From Oikopleura dioica (lineage: Eukaryota > Animalia > Chordata): DNA of 64,000 nt. Below are positions 1 to 13,106 of this stretch, piece by piece (the first letter of the stretch is position 1; the number at the start of each line of letters is the position of its first letter). The notes under the pieces were generated by a model that was given only the letters and a program-made list of their open reading frames with translations, had not been told where the DNA came from and made no database searches. The position numbers and the translations under genes are program-made. Location: positions 10,540,001-10,604,000 of the forward strand of contig OU015567.1 in assembly GCA_907165135.1 (NCBI GenBank), in the 5' to 3' direction.

Positions 1-2201
1 AACGTTAATTTTCCTGGATTTAATTTAACAACATGTATTACCGACATTACTGAAGCTTATTTTCAACCTTTCAAGAATGGGATGTCGCTGACAATCGTGC
101 CCGGGCTCCCTAACGGGACGCTGATTTGCTGCAAACAATACAAAGGAAAGACGTTCTACGGCACTAGTCTCGGAGATTTGCTTTTTGTCGAAGAGGATGG
201 CCTGGGCGAATGTCTTGCTAGCGGGGCGCCTTCCACAAAACGCCTCAAATTTAATTCGCCAATTTTGAAAATAGATGCTTCCCAAGCTGGACTTGAGACA
301 AACCTATTGCTTTCAACGAAGAACGGGCTTTATTTAACCCAGTTGCCGGAGCTTGGGTCGTTGCTTCGGTTAGCTTGCATTTTTGAATTTTAAAATTGAA
401 AACGATCAATTCTCATCTATTCTGTCTATTTTCAGAGCTCCGAAAACGACCCCGCTAAAAACTGTTGCCGATTGTATTTCGATTCAGAAGAGTTGCTTTA
501 CCTGGTGCTCGGCGCAGGTGATTTACTATGGAGAATTGACTTCCGCTGGATTTCGGAGTCGAAAACTTTCCCATGTCAAATCATATGTTGTTCAATTGGA
601 GATGAACCTGTCTTATGATATTCTTATCTGTACAAATGGTAAGTAATTAAGAAGCAACTGTTAGTAAAGTTGAATTGAGAATCTATTCTCATCTCAAAAG
701 AAATGAGCCTGTTGAAATCATCGCCGAAGTGCCTCAATTCTCCGCCACAATCACCGGAGCCTGTTTTGATCGCAGCGCCAATGTCATTTTCACCGACACA
801 AGCGGTTGTATCAGAATGATAAACCAAGAAGGCGACGCACTCTGGGAAACAACAATGGGTTATCAGGTGATTTTACGGTTACCGAACCAGTTGCGACCGG
901 AGTATATTGATTTATATAAAAGCAGTCTGAGATGCGAGAATTTTGAATATTTATTATGTTCAACATTAAGCTCTCATTGGTACTATTCTCGATCATCAAT
1001 CAGTGATTGAATCACTGACAATCGGTCTAAAATATGAGTGTTTTAGTCTGGATTTCGACCAGGCAATCTCCTCTATCTTTCTACACGTATTCTATCCCAC
1101 ACGAAATCATCCCTTTGCGCTGTAAACATTCTTGAATCAGACCATTCACCAGTACTCTACAGTATCTCAGGGTCAGTCCAGAACGTGAGCGGCTACGGTG
1201 GCTCCGAATTTATCGTTATTTCTGGTGGAAAGGCGATGAAATCAATCGCCGCTCGGAAATCTGTCCATCGACCGGAACCCAAGCCCAGAATCGAAGAATC
1301 AGAAACGGTCGATTTGGATAAAGCTTTCAGTGCTGCGCGCGGCTTTTTCTCGCAGATCAAGAGACAGGTTTCCAAATCGAAACAGCCTGTGTTCAATAAA
1401 GTCAAGGTAAAAGGATCATTCCAGATTTCTGACTCAGATCAGTTGCTCTTTGAACTTTCTTCTGTAAACTTTGCGACGTCATTTTTTATTAATTTCGAAG
1501 TTAACGAGCAGCGGAAGCTACTGGTTGCAATCCTCTAAAGAATTTCCTTGTAGCAAGTGACAGAGAGCTTATCGCGCGAGATACGACGAGAGATTTTCGA
1601 CGATGAGATTTTCATCAATGAGAGCACCGAAAAAGACGAGAAAGCGGGGCAAATCAATGAGGGCGAAAAAGAGCGTTCAAAGTTGAACACTCCCAGTCCC
1701 ACCCCGCTAGACACAGACACACTTATCATCGAACGTAAAATAAAACCGCAAATCAAGAAGAAAAAGAAAGAGAAAAACGATATTCCCTGCATTCCTCCGC
1801 ACGAGAGCCCTGTTTCCCAAGACGCAGAGAAACAATTACCGATTATTGGAAAATCGACGACAGATATTAACCAGAGAGAAATAAACGCACAAGAGATTGC
1901 CGAAGCAATAAACAAAGCCTGTTTTAAGGTTGACGAAGAAAACTCAACAGAAAGTTCCACTTCAAGCCAATGTGAGTAGATTTAATCAAAAACAGTTCGT
2001 TATCCTAAAAATACCTGTTCAGCACAATTCACGATCCCAATTATAACTTCCGCACTTTCAACTTCCTCACTGTCTACTCCCAAGTCTTCCTCACCTTCCA
2101 ACTCTTGGATCATCATCGACGACGAGCAACCTGCAGCGGCCGAATCCTCCTCACCTTCCGATTACGATGAAGTCATCAATTCGTGCTACGACGAAATCTA
2201 A
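1..2201 (+). CDS. 5'-truncated multi-exon gene; beta-propeller-like N-terminal region and low-complexity acidic/Ser-rich C-terminus (family not recognised; possibly HPS5/TECPR2-like)
   Basis: ORF is open from base 1. Successive ORF blocks 82-393, 383-646, 675-1010, 1185-1538 and 1557-1979 are joined by short GT-AG introns. Stop TAA at 2199-2201. Confidence 0.55.
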
Positions 2202-2589
2202 CCCATATTCATAAATAATTACCAGAGAGTCTTTCACATATCTCACCATAATGCTCTTACATTATTATTGATATTCGTACCAATTCATTTCAAATTCAAA
2301 TTCATGTAAAATTACTAGAGCGCAAAAGACTGAATTCTTCAGAAGGTGATTTTGTTGGCTGATCGTACCTGTATGCAGAGAACCTTGTCAATTCCCGGTC
2401 TAACGATCGCCAACAAAGTCAGGTATTTAATATTATACTTTTCAGTGACTAAAAATCGGAGAAATTCAGCTCACTCGGCTGGCTTATTATGCACAAGCTG
2501 CCAGTTGCAGTCCATTTGGATCCTCGCTACGTGGGAATCAGCTTCCGCCTCGGAGGCAGAGAAACCTTCTGAATCGCAGACGTCAGGAG

Positions 2590-3258
2590 AATTTCCCGAC
2601 TACTCTTTCCTAGGCTAGGAAAGCTCCTTGCTCACCACTGTCTCTAGAATATTTAAAATTATCGCAGCAAATACGACGTTCGTCTGTAACCGATTTCAGT
2701 TGGACGTAACTCGCCATGGATTACTCTTTTGGGGAAAGCACTCCCTTCAGGTAACTGCTAGAGCGTTAAACTGTCTAAAACATTACTTTATCCAAGACGT
2801 TATTCTACCATATCGAGATCCTTGCTTTTTCGGAATATATGGCGTAAGTTCAATCTGTGGTATTAGAGCTAACCCTTTCTGAGAGCACTTCGTTATACAG
2901 TTAGCACTAAAATAATTAAAAATTAATAAATTTTAATTCAATCAAAGATGAAACCTCACATAAAAGTTGCATCATTGAATCATCATTAGATAGACTCTTT
3001 TCCGAAAGTTCTTTAAAAATGATTGAACTTGTCTGGAAACCCACTAATATCTCTTCGTCCGTCTGTCTATCAGACATTTAGCTTACATTTTAAATTCTTC
3101 CTTTACGTCAATAACCTCACAGTTTCTCTCCCAGGAGTAATCGGCGGCACAATCGAAATCGCTCTCACCGCGCTCCCGCAGCGAGTGACTGGGTCTATAA
3201 CGTTTTCAAGCAGAGAGAGTGTGTTAAATTTGTTCCCTCGCCTTCCGGAGATATCCAT
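2590..3258 (-). CDS. Probable small uncharacterised multi-exon gene (MDISGRRGNKFNTLSLLENVIDPV...)
   Basis: ATG at 3258. Open exon-like blocks are separated by AT-rich intron-like segments. One junction needs a non-canonical donor. No family recognised. Confidence 0.3.
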
Positions 3259-3347
3259 CGTTGCAGTTGCGGTCGCGCGCATAAGTATCATATACAGGTA
3301 ACTAAAAATGACCCTCTTAGTACCGATAGTTACAAAGAGTTGCAGGG

Positions 3348-6300
3348 AGATCAATCTGCTTTTGTGTCGCTCCACTGGAAATCAGAGGAGCAAGCCGAGT
3401 GGAGTGTACGGATGAATACGAAAGAATTCCGAACAAATGCCGTTGGCACTCTGGAATTCCAAGGAACAGGAGAAGGAGACAAGGCGCAATTTATAAGACT
3501 GTCGGATAGCACTAGCGGAGCGAATGTTCATCGTTTGTTAACAAAAGAGTGGCAAATGGAGCTGCCAAAACTCGTCATCACTGTTCATGGCTCTGAAAAG
3601 CGGTTGGATCTGACAGCAGGCCAGCGGCAGCTATTGATATCTGGGTTGATCAAGGCGACGCGAACGACAGACGCTTGGATCATGTCGATTGGGCTGTCAA
3701 GCGAAGGTGGAATCGGCGAACTTGTAGGTCAAGCGCTGACCGAGCATCAACTCTACGCTCGTGGTCGAGTTTCGGCCATTGGAGTTATGCCATGGGGAGT
3801 AGTAGACAATCGCGACGATTTACAAAACGACGATAAACTCAAGACCGGGGCGGTCCCTTATCAAACCATGGCCGACCCGCTTTCTAAGGGAGCAGTTCTC
3901 AACGCCGCGCACACTCACTTTCTCATGGTTGATAATGGCTCAGTGGGAAAATGGAGGACGGAGATACGCTTTCGCCGAGCGATCGAAAAAGAGCTTGTGA
4001 AGAAACATAACGTCCCGATGGTTTGTTTGATCATTGAGGGTGACCGAACAACTTTAGAAACAGTATTGAAGAAAGTAATGGAGGGAATTCCCGTTGTAGT
4101 CTGTGTTCCCGCGCAGAAGAATGAATCTATACGCAACGCGGCCGATCTGATTGCGTATGCGTATCACTTGTCAGATAGCAAGGGCGATATATCAAAGGAG
4201 AATCGCGCTCAAATGGAAGAACTTCTCACTTCGCACAAGAATGCGGATCAGTTTAACAGGGGAACGATTTTGAATTTGACAAGGATGATGTCTTTCAAGC
4301 GTCTCATCAAAATTTTCTGGATGGACTTGCATGGAACTGACAACGTAGCGACCCGTAACTTGGACTACGCCATTCTCACATCGTTATTTTCAACTAGCGC
4401 GGAGAAAAAGAAGACGGATCCTGATAACTGGCTGAAAATGGCGATGTCTTGGGACCGACCTGACATAGCACGAAGTCATGTCTTTGCCTTTCCGTACGCG
4501 AAAAATTTCCCAGTTGGGTCACTAAGAAAGCGGCTAGAGGAAGCACTTGTTAATGATAAAGTGGAATTTGTGAAGCTTTTCATGGACCATGGTGTGTCTA
4601 TGCACAAGTTTCTCACAATAAAGCGTCTAGAGGATCTCTACAATGCGGATAAACCTGATTACCTTCCACAGCATTTGAAATATTTACTTGACGATGTTTC
4701 GCGAGAGAAGAGAGTGCCAAAGGGCGCAAGAAGAATAAATCTCATTCAAATCGGTCTGGTCATTGAAGGGCTGATGGGCGGAACATACAGGTCAAACTAC
4801 ACACGAAAGAAGTTTCATTTATACTACAAGCAAACAGAGTCTCAGACTTCTAACAATGAAAACTTCAAGAACCCTTTTCATGAGCTTCTCATCTGGGCAG
4901 TGCTTATGAAGCGACAAGAAATGGCAATCTTCATGTGGCAAAAGGGCGAAGAAGCCATGGCCAAAGCTCTCATAGCTATGAAACTATACAGACGGATGGC
5001 ACAAGAAGCCGACGACGATGACCTTAATCAAGAAGAAATTGAAACAATGAGACTATACTCGGATCAGTTCAAACAAAAGGCCCTTGACATTCTTAAACTT
5101 GGGTACAAAGACAGCGACAAGATGTGTTATCAACTTCTGACATACGAGTTAAAATCTTGGTCTCGTCACACTTGTCTTTCTTTAGCAGTTCTCGCGCAGC
5201 ATCGAGACCTGATTGCGCATCCTTGTGTACAGAATATCATCACTGATTTATGGATGGGAGCGCTGGATATAAGAAGAAATTCCAATATAAAGGTTCCAAT
5301 ATCTCTGGTTACCCTATGGCCGCTCTTCACAACCATTCTTCATCCTTTTCCTTCATTTCGTAATGTCATACAATTCATCAAGTTCAAAACGTCCGAACAA
5401 CTGAGAGAAATCCCAAAGACTCTTCAGGAATATCTAGACGAGTGCGAAGATGATCATGGCTTTTCAACCAGACACAATGAAACCTCGACCACGTCATCCA
5501 CTTCGTCTACATCTAGGTACCATTTCATGAAGCCAAATACTCTTAAATTGTTTCAATAGTTCAGATGAAGAAAAACGATTCGGCTCACGTAACATCGCTT
5601 CAGAAGAAAAAAGCTCTTTGGTGACGAGCGCTGGTGCCAGACGAGACCAATTTAGCCGAGGGTGTATTCGAGGATCAAATGGTACTCAATCGACAAAAGA
5701 CGCAGATCAAAAGGTTCATTTTCTTTTGGAGCCGTCGGCTACGCAAGAGCATCCTCCTGAGCCAATCTTCACGTCAAAAATGGTCCTGACGCCAGAAACG
5801 CCAGGATCAAACGATCTTGGACTCACGCGAAAGATCTACGAGTACTTCAACGCACCAATAACGAAATATTGGTTCAATATTATTATGTACGTTGTGTTCA
5901 TTCTTTCGATCAGTTATACAGTTCTGGTCAGAATGTGCCCATGGACTATTCCTGATGTTGAATGGTTTGTGGTATCTTATGTTGTCACTTTTGCAATTGA
6001 AAACATCCGTTCAATATCAATTTCGACTTCGCGTGGAGTTTGGTCAAAATTTCGGCACTGGCATTCAAAATTTTGGAATTTACTTGAAACCTTCGCAATA
6101 ATCACTTTTCTATTTGGCTTTGGACTTCGTCTACAAGTGTTTACGGATAAAGAAACGCTTGGCGGAAATGAAACATCCTGTGGAGAATTCTACGAGCGAG
6201 CGCTTAGCAAGAACTCATCTGATGAACTTCGCAAAGCATACGAAGAACTTGCATATGGCCGCGTTCTCTGTGTCACATCAGTTGTTCTTTGGTGGATTCG

Positions 6301-8199
6301 CATTCTCAAATTCTTATCAGTTCATAAAACTATTGGTCCTTACATTACCATGGCTGGAAAGATGCTCATTGATATGAGCTCTTTCATAACAATCCTGGCA
6401 GTCGTTTTGATCTCTTTTGGACTTTCAAGACAATCGATTATTCACGACAGAAGTGAATCGCTAACCTGGCAAACTATTTGGGGAGTTTTTCACAAGCCAT
6501 ATTTTATGTTGTATGGCGAGGTTTATGCCCCCGAAATCGATCCTTACTATGACGATTCTGGCGATCTCATCCCAGGTGTAAACCCAGGTGCTTGGGTTGT
6601 TCCTGTTTTCAATACACTGTATCTCCTCGTTGCGAATATCTTGCTGATAAATCTACTCATCGCTGTATTCAACAACACTTTCGCACGTGTAAAAGTGGAA
6701 TCGCATCAAATATGGGCCTGCCAGCGATACGAAGTGATCATGCAGTACGAGGCGCATCCAATTTTCCCACCACCCTTTATTTTCATAAGCCATTTGAAAA
6801 TGCTCATCGACAAGATATTTTGCTCAAAAACAAAAGGAAAATTCGAAGCTGATCGAGGGCTCAAACTCTTTCTGGCAGATTTTGAAGAAGAAAATCTTCA
6901 TGATTGGGAAGAAGAGCTTATCGATGACTACGAACGGATGAAGAGACGTGAGGATAATAAGCGATTCGAGGAACAAGTGAAGACGAACGCGGAGAAGCTT
7001 AGAAAAATATCATCGCATTTGGATGATGTTGAAATAAGAGACAGCCAACTAAGAGTGACTATAGGACTGGTTTTTAATATGAAAACATTAAATCGAATAA
7101 TCATTACTTATTATTCATAAGCAACTTATGTATAAGTTATACAGTTATACAGTATAACCAAATAAAAGAAGAACTCTCTGAAGAAGTTGGCAAAGTCCGT
7201 GATCTTGTGCTTGCTTTGTCCAATAATCCTGGGACTGCAGAGCTCTGCGACGTACCTCTGGAATATCCATCAATAAACCTCACCAAAGAAAAAGAATCGC
7301 AAGCTACGGGAGTCGCAATAGAAGAGACTCGGAAATGTCTTGTCATTTGGAAGATCTACGGTTCCGCGAATCAACACTTCGCGAGTCAGAAAGCATGGAA
7401 GATATCATAGAAGATACAGTGCGGCCTGTTACTGATGCTGCTTCCGATACATCTGACGCTCCTGTTATCAATCGGACCAGAAGTTGTTGTGATCTTCAAG
7501 CACTCATGTGGACAAATGATCCTCGACCTCAATCATCTTCGCCAAGTAGAAGAGGATCCATGCCAGCTCATTCTCTCATGCAAAATAAAAATGGACGAAC
7601 GTAAATTCCTTTTAAATATTTAAAAATAAATCTTATTATTCAAGTTCGCTGAAGCCACTCAATCTGTCGCATATCTCACACGCAAAGGATTCGGGAAATA
7701 TTTCCGAAGACTCTCCCAGAACACCTCCACCATCACTCAACGTTGTTAGTCTGCATTCCCCAGGGCGCTCATCTCGAAATAGAAACCGGCCGTTCATGAT
7801 TAATTCTTCGAACTCGTCCGATGACAATCTTGGAGATTACTCCGCCATGTCCTCAGCCAAATCGATGGCAGATCGTAAGAAATATCGGGCTTGTAAGATA
7901 AACTAAAAACTTCTAGCAAATCGGAGTCACTCTCCCGAAATGAAAATGTCTCTTCTTCGGAAAATCCAGTCCAAAGTTCTCCTGAAAGAAAATGCCGCAG
8001 CATCAAGATTGCGTCGTCCTCCAAGGGTACCCAAACTTAGACGAAATCAAAGCCTCAACTGAATTAATTTGAATTCATCAAAACTTATGCAAAATTCTAG
8101 CGGCGACGATTAAAACGACTAAAAACTGTTGATATCAAGGATGAGGAGCGCGCCCAGGATGGATACCAATCCGAAATCCTCAACGATCTCTATAACTAA
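3348..8199 (+). CDS. TRPM: TRPM-family cation channel (TRPM1/3/6/7-like, no alpha-kinase domain seen)
   Basis: MHR motifs (TNAVGTLEFQG, LPKLVITVHG, LNAAHTHFLMVDNG, AMSWDRPDIARSHVF, ELLIWAVLMKRQEMA), six-TM region, pore YFMLYGEVYA, and TRP box region LINLLIAVFNNTF...IWACQRY. Upstream start exon not located. Apparent -1 frameshift at GGG 7231-7233 in the C-terminal tail. Confidence 0.93.
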
Positions 8200-8578
8200 C
8201 ACCAAAACTAGACTTGACAATTTTTCTTAACTCTACTTATTTAAGTTCATTTTCCTTACTTTTATATTTGAAAGAGCCAACTTCAAAATCTGTCTTCAAT
8301 GTTTATTAACTGTACATAAATTTACGCCCTCTTCTCTGTGTACTCGTTATGTTATGTTTATAGAGAAAACTGATCCAACTTATTAAACAATATATTTATG
8401 TTTTGTAGCCTTCAAGTTTTTAACATTGTGATACTTTACGTTCAACTATTAGTGACACTATCTTACCTATCTGTAATTTGCAGTTATTCCTGAGTATTCC
8501 GCAAAAACTACTAGACCTAATCTTTGAAAAAGCAAAAACAAGGTGAATGCAGAGGCTTTATTACACCTTTTAGGAAAA

Positions 8579-11220
8579 ATGTTTATTTCAAATGAATCGG
8601 TTTCGGATGAATACATGGTTGATTGGGGAGAGAGACTTGGTTGTGGAATGAACGGGTCTGTCAGGAGTGCGAAGAGTAGATCCACCGGTGATGATTACGC
8701 TGTCAAAGTGAGCCTTTTCGAATAGCGGTTTCTAAAAATGATGATTTTTAGGTGATTCGGGATCGTCCACGAGCTCGGGCAGAAGTAGAAATGCACTCAA
8801 CAGTAATGGGCCACGAAAACGTCGTTCAGCTTCACGAAGTATTCTGCAATGAGTTAAAAGTACATTCTCTGCCTTGATTCTGAATAACAATTCACATTAG
8901 TTTCCGGGCGAATCTGATGCCACAGCAAAGCTCATTCTTATTATGGAGAAAATGAAAGGTGGTGAGCTTTTTCAACGCATTGCTGATCATCATCATTTTA
9001 CGGAAAGAGAAGCAGTCAAAGCAACAAAACAAATTGTACAAGCTGTCTATCATCTTCATGTTGTCCATAATGTCGCGCATCGTGATCTCAAGCCAGAAAA
9101 CCTTCTCTACGTCGATAAAACCGAAGACGCAGTTTTAAAAGTGTGCGATTTTGGCTTCGCGAAGATCGACAACAATGACCTCGCTACTCCTCAATTCACC
9201 CCTTATTACGCGTCACCGCAAGTTCTCGAAGCCCAGAAACGCTACAAGCAGGGCTGCCCAATCGGACAAAAAATCTTGGTCTCGGCGATCCGATTCCGAT
9301 CCGATCCGATCCGAACCTCATCCGATCGGATTTTCCAATTCCGATCGGAAAAACATGTCCGATCGGAAAATTTTCCGATCGGAAAAATCAAGGAAGATTT
9401 TCAATTTTCAAAAAGTGGCAGTTTTTTCAATAGTGTTCATGGCAACAGTAGAAACAGGTTTTTTAAACTGCTGCAAAATGGTGGATCAATTTTGACTTCC
9501 TATGACGTCATGAATCCGGAATTTCCGACTGGTCGTTGGGGACAAAATAAAATTGAAAATGCTTACAGTCTATAGATCTGCAATTTCATCACTTAGGGGT
9601 GTTCCTTTCATCAATATCAAACATTCTTGACATGTTTGGCGGAAACACCAGTGTTGGTGGTGGATTAATGACGTCATCAAGATTTTTCCTATGATTTTAG
9701 TGTATTTTTGAGCAGCTGATCACTCCACCGCCAGTAATGGTGTTGACACCAAAAGCTTATTTAATACACTACAGACCCTCCCCAACTTGGTGCAAAAGAG
9801 AGAATTGAAATATCTCGACTCACACCTCCACCAATTTGGAGCAGAATAAAGAAAAATTAAGTCTAGAAAAAGCCTATGTGAATAAAGTCCCTGGCCTATG
9901 GAATTATGTCCCTGGCCTATGTGAATTTAGTCCCTGGCGTCATTTTTGGTAGCTTTTTAGTGGTTCGATCCGACGGGGATCCGAATTTTCCGATCGGAAA
10001 TTCCGATCCGATTTTCCCGATCGGACATGAAAAAATTTCCTCATCCGATCCGACCGATTACCGATCCGATTCCGATTGGATCGGATTTCCGATCGGATTC
10101 CGATCCGATTGGGCAGCCCTGCTACAAGCGCGACAAAGCCTATACCTACTCCAAGTCCTGTGATATCTGGTCCCTGGGTGTTATAATTTATATTATGCTC
10201 GGGGTTATCCACCGTTCTATCCAGCCCAGGCGGCGAGAAAGGGGATCGATAAAGTCATGAAGAAGAGAATTGCAAATGCAGAGTTTGAATTCCCAGATAG
10301 AGAATGGGAGATGGTCTCGGACAATGCGAAAGATCTTATAAAAGGGTAAATCAATCACTTTATATTTAAAGAAGACGCTTTTTGGCAAGTTTGATATCAA
10401 GCGTAGAATCTTTAGGAATTCCCAATGAAAACACTTCAGGCTTTTGTCGAAAGCTTATTAAAGAGATTTTTGGCATCTTTAACTATTCATATTATTATTT
10501 AGGCTACTTGTGGTCGATCCAGAGAAGAGGATGAATATTGAAGAAGTGATGCAACACCCGTGGCTAATTTCCGATGCGCCAGATATTCCCCTCTTCTCAC
10601 CGCATTTTATCAAATCTAAGGCCTGGTTTCTTTTAATATTTGTTATCTTATTCATTTGAAATGACCAAATAAAGATTTTTGAGATTATCATTATTAATTA
10701 TTAACATAAAAGCTCAACCACTTCTAAGGATGCTCTTGCAACTGCACTTGCAGCAGGAAATCGTCGCCTTAGAACTGTGGAACTCGCTCCTGTCGAAACT
10801 GCGTACAATCCAATATTAATTCGAGCAAAGCAGCGCCAAAAATCTACAACGTTTACACCTGCTGAGTCGATCTACCAAGGGGACGCAGCGAACTTAGAAG
10901 CGCCAGTCGATATGTCGTTACAAATTAACATCTTGAGAACAGCACTCTGGTACTCTTAGTCAATCTCTTTTCGGTTATTAGAGGCTAATAACTACCTTAG
11001 AAATACAGCAAGTTCTCTCTAAAACAACTACTTCAGCCACTTGCTAAACCTCCTGCACATGAAGAGCGAAGATCGCATCCGCTCATCAGACTGGGAGGCC
11101 TGGGAAAACCTCGTTCGAGTCACTCCCGCTCTCAGTCACTATGCTCGCTACGATAGCAAACACATTACGAATCAAATCGCTCTCAGTCTTCAAAAGACCA
11201 TAGTCGCCATGAAGGAGTAG
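8579..11220 (+). CDS. MAPKAPK5: MAP kinase-activated protein kinase 5 (MK5/PRAK), interrupted by an 873-bp TIR element and showing a 1-nt frameshift
   Basis: LGCGMNGSV, YAVK, HRDLKPENLL, DFGFAK, TPQFTPYYASPQVLEAQ, then after the insertion [26 protein letters not shown]. The motif order matches MK5. Confidence 0.88.
9249..10121. mobile_element. Non-autonomous DNA transposon (MITE-like, hAT-type CAGGG termini) inserted in a MAPKAPK5 exon
   Basis: Perfect 18-bp TIR CAGGGCTGCCCAATCGGA / TCCGATTGGGCAGCCCTG. Flanking direct repeat CTACAAG at 9242-9248 and 10122-10128 (alternatively 9-bp GCTACAAGC with AGGG termini). Dense subterminal GATCC/TCCGATCGGA arrays at both ends. No transposase ORF. Confidence 0.93.
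9872..9938 (+). repeat. About 3 tandem copies of a ~22-bp unit (GTCCCTGGCCTATGTGAAT..) inside the MITE
   Basis: Directly visible; there are no unique spacers between the units. Confidence 0.8.
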
Positions 11221-11362
11221 TCGAACTCTTTTTCACCATTTGTGAATCGCAAATTTTACGTTTGAAAAATCACTCTGTCTTTTCTTTCTTCCAGCAATCA
11301 TTCCTTTTTCTTCAATAAATTTCTTATCCCTTACCATTCTTTTCATATCTTCTTCTACTAGA

Positions 11363-13106
11363 ATGTCGAGGCGAGACACACCTTCTCGCTCGTCATCAAG
11401 GCCAGGTAGAAAGCCAAAGCGGCGAATTTCCGATGCCAGTGAAAGTCTCGGAAAGCCAGAAGCAAAAAGAATGCAACGAGATCACTCGGAGACTGAACAG
11501 CTCAAGTCAAAAGTGGCTCTTCAAAAGATGGCAAGGCCGATGCCAACCGATGACTTTGTTAGCGATATGGATCGGCGAAAACGAGTGCGGGAGATTTTAC
11601 TACATATTTTGTCAAAGCTCAAAGTCAAGGTTATAAAGAAAATGCATTCGCTAGGAAACTATATGTTTTAGGACCCGACCAATTTCCTTCATCAGAAACC
11701 ATGTTCTCTTCTTTATCCAAACTACCCTTTCAATGCCCACTATGACATGACAAATGTAGCGGATAAAGTGAATAAAATGTGCTTTTTCAATATTCATCAG
11801 TTTCGTCAGGCAGTTTCCAAGGTAATAATTGGTCTCCCGAATTAAGAATCTAGTCATTTCTTGAAGGTCTGCAAGTGTCAGACAGACTTCTTTCCATCAA
11901 ACACGATTCGTCACAAGTTTGCGCTGAAATTCGACCAGTTTGCCTACAAGATCACAGCTTATCGAAATCTTCTTGGTAAGAAAATATTCTCGATTGAGAG
12001 TCAAATAATTTCTTCAGACTATTGCGAGGAAATAGGAATCGACGAAGAACTCCCCAAACGCCAGCTTCGCGATATTCTCGTCGGTAACCAGATCGATACG
12101 GAGCTTCCAATCTCGCCGAAAGATGAACAAGAGGATGAATATTTGTATGTTTATTTTACCTTATTAATGATTCAAGCCTTGACTTTAGCTCCTCTCAAAT
12201 GTCCATGGCGATTGAGCAAAACGTTGGGTCTCCACTTGCGCCTGGCGAAACAAGACTCAACATTCTACAAGCAGATGCTCAACCTACTGTATATAACATG
12301 GATGGGCGACCAATGACACTTGCTGATATAACAGGCCGCGTTCATGGTGCTGCAGAATTTTCAAAGAAAACACGAACGATTGAAGACCGAGCCTTCTTGA
12401 AAAGTTACATGAGTTACGGACCGTACTCTTCATTTGCACCGGTCTTCGACTCCCGAAATGCAACACTAGACAAGAAAATGACGGATATGATGATAGGCAC
12501 ACGAAAAGACCCATTTCGAGAAGACCTCGAAAAGATCGCTAATGCTGATGAATTCACGATCACTGACTATCTAGCAAAGTCAAGTTTGGGCAATGAAAAC
12601 GCGGAGAAAGAACGTACGGATAGAGTCAAATAAGAATGGTTATAAAAACTTTTACTTTATCGTTAATTTAGTGCTTGATGAATTGACTTATCACGAGCCA
12701 AAGGCGGATCAGCTTGAAACCCTCAAGGACCTTGGCATCGACATCAGCTTCTTGGATGCGTTTAAACCTGGTGCATCTGAACGTGTCGAAAACATTCAGA
12801 GCCTTTTGGATTACATTGCTGATGTTATTCCTAAACTTAGGAAAGGGTCGTCAACTTTCTCTAACGTAATCATACCGAGTACACACATTCTCGGAAAAAT
12901 CTTTGACTTATGAAGTGAAGACCCTTCCTAACAGCCGCCAACAAATTCTACGATTGTCCGGTAAAAGCTTTCAAGAGACTTCAACCGATGAACAGGACCT
13001 GGCTGACGAGGCCATTGCCGCAATTACAAAAGTGCTCAAGCTCACTGCTCCAGGCGCGGCTGTCTCCGTACCAGCACTGCGAAAGGCAATGACAACCGCG
13101 TCATAA
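11363..13106 (+). CDS. BRD7/BRD9: BRD7/BRD9-like protein with a degenerate bromodomain and DUF3512-like region
   Basis: LSKLKVKDPTNF...YDMTNVADKV aligns to the BRD7/9 bromodomain. FLKSYMSYGPYSSFAPVFDSRNATL matches the BRD7/9 YGPYSSYAP..DS motif. Confidence 0.8.

Noticed and set aside
9872-9938. Short direct repeats resembling a CRISPR array
   Set aside because: No unique spacers, only about 3 units, inside a MITE in a eukaryotic genome, and no cas genes.
9151-10260. ORFs 9151-9495, 9906-10163, 9940-10212 and the post-insertion part of 8943-9575
   Set aside because: They are translations of the repetitive MITE (SDPI/IRSD motifs), with no transposase features.
3348-11220. TRPM followed by a kinase, suggesting a TRPM6/7-like chanzyme fusion
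   Set aside because: The kinase is a conventional CAMK-group MK5, not an alpha-kinase. TRPM has its own stop and an AT-rich 3' region before it.
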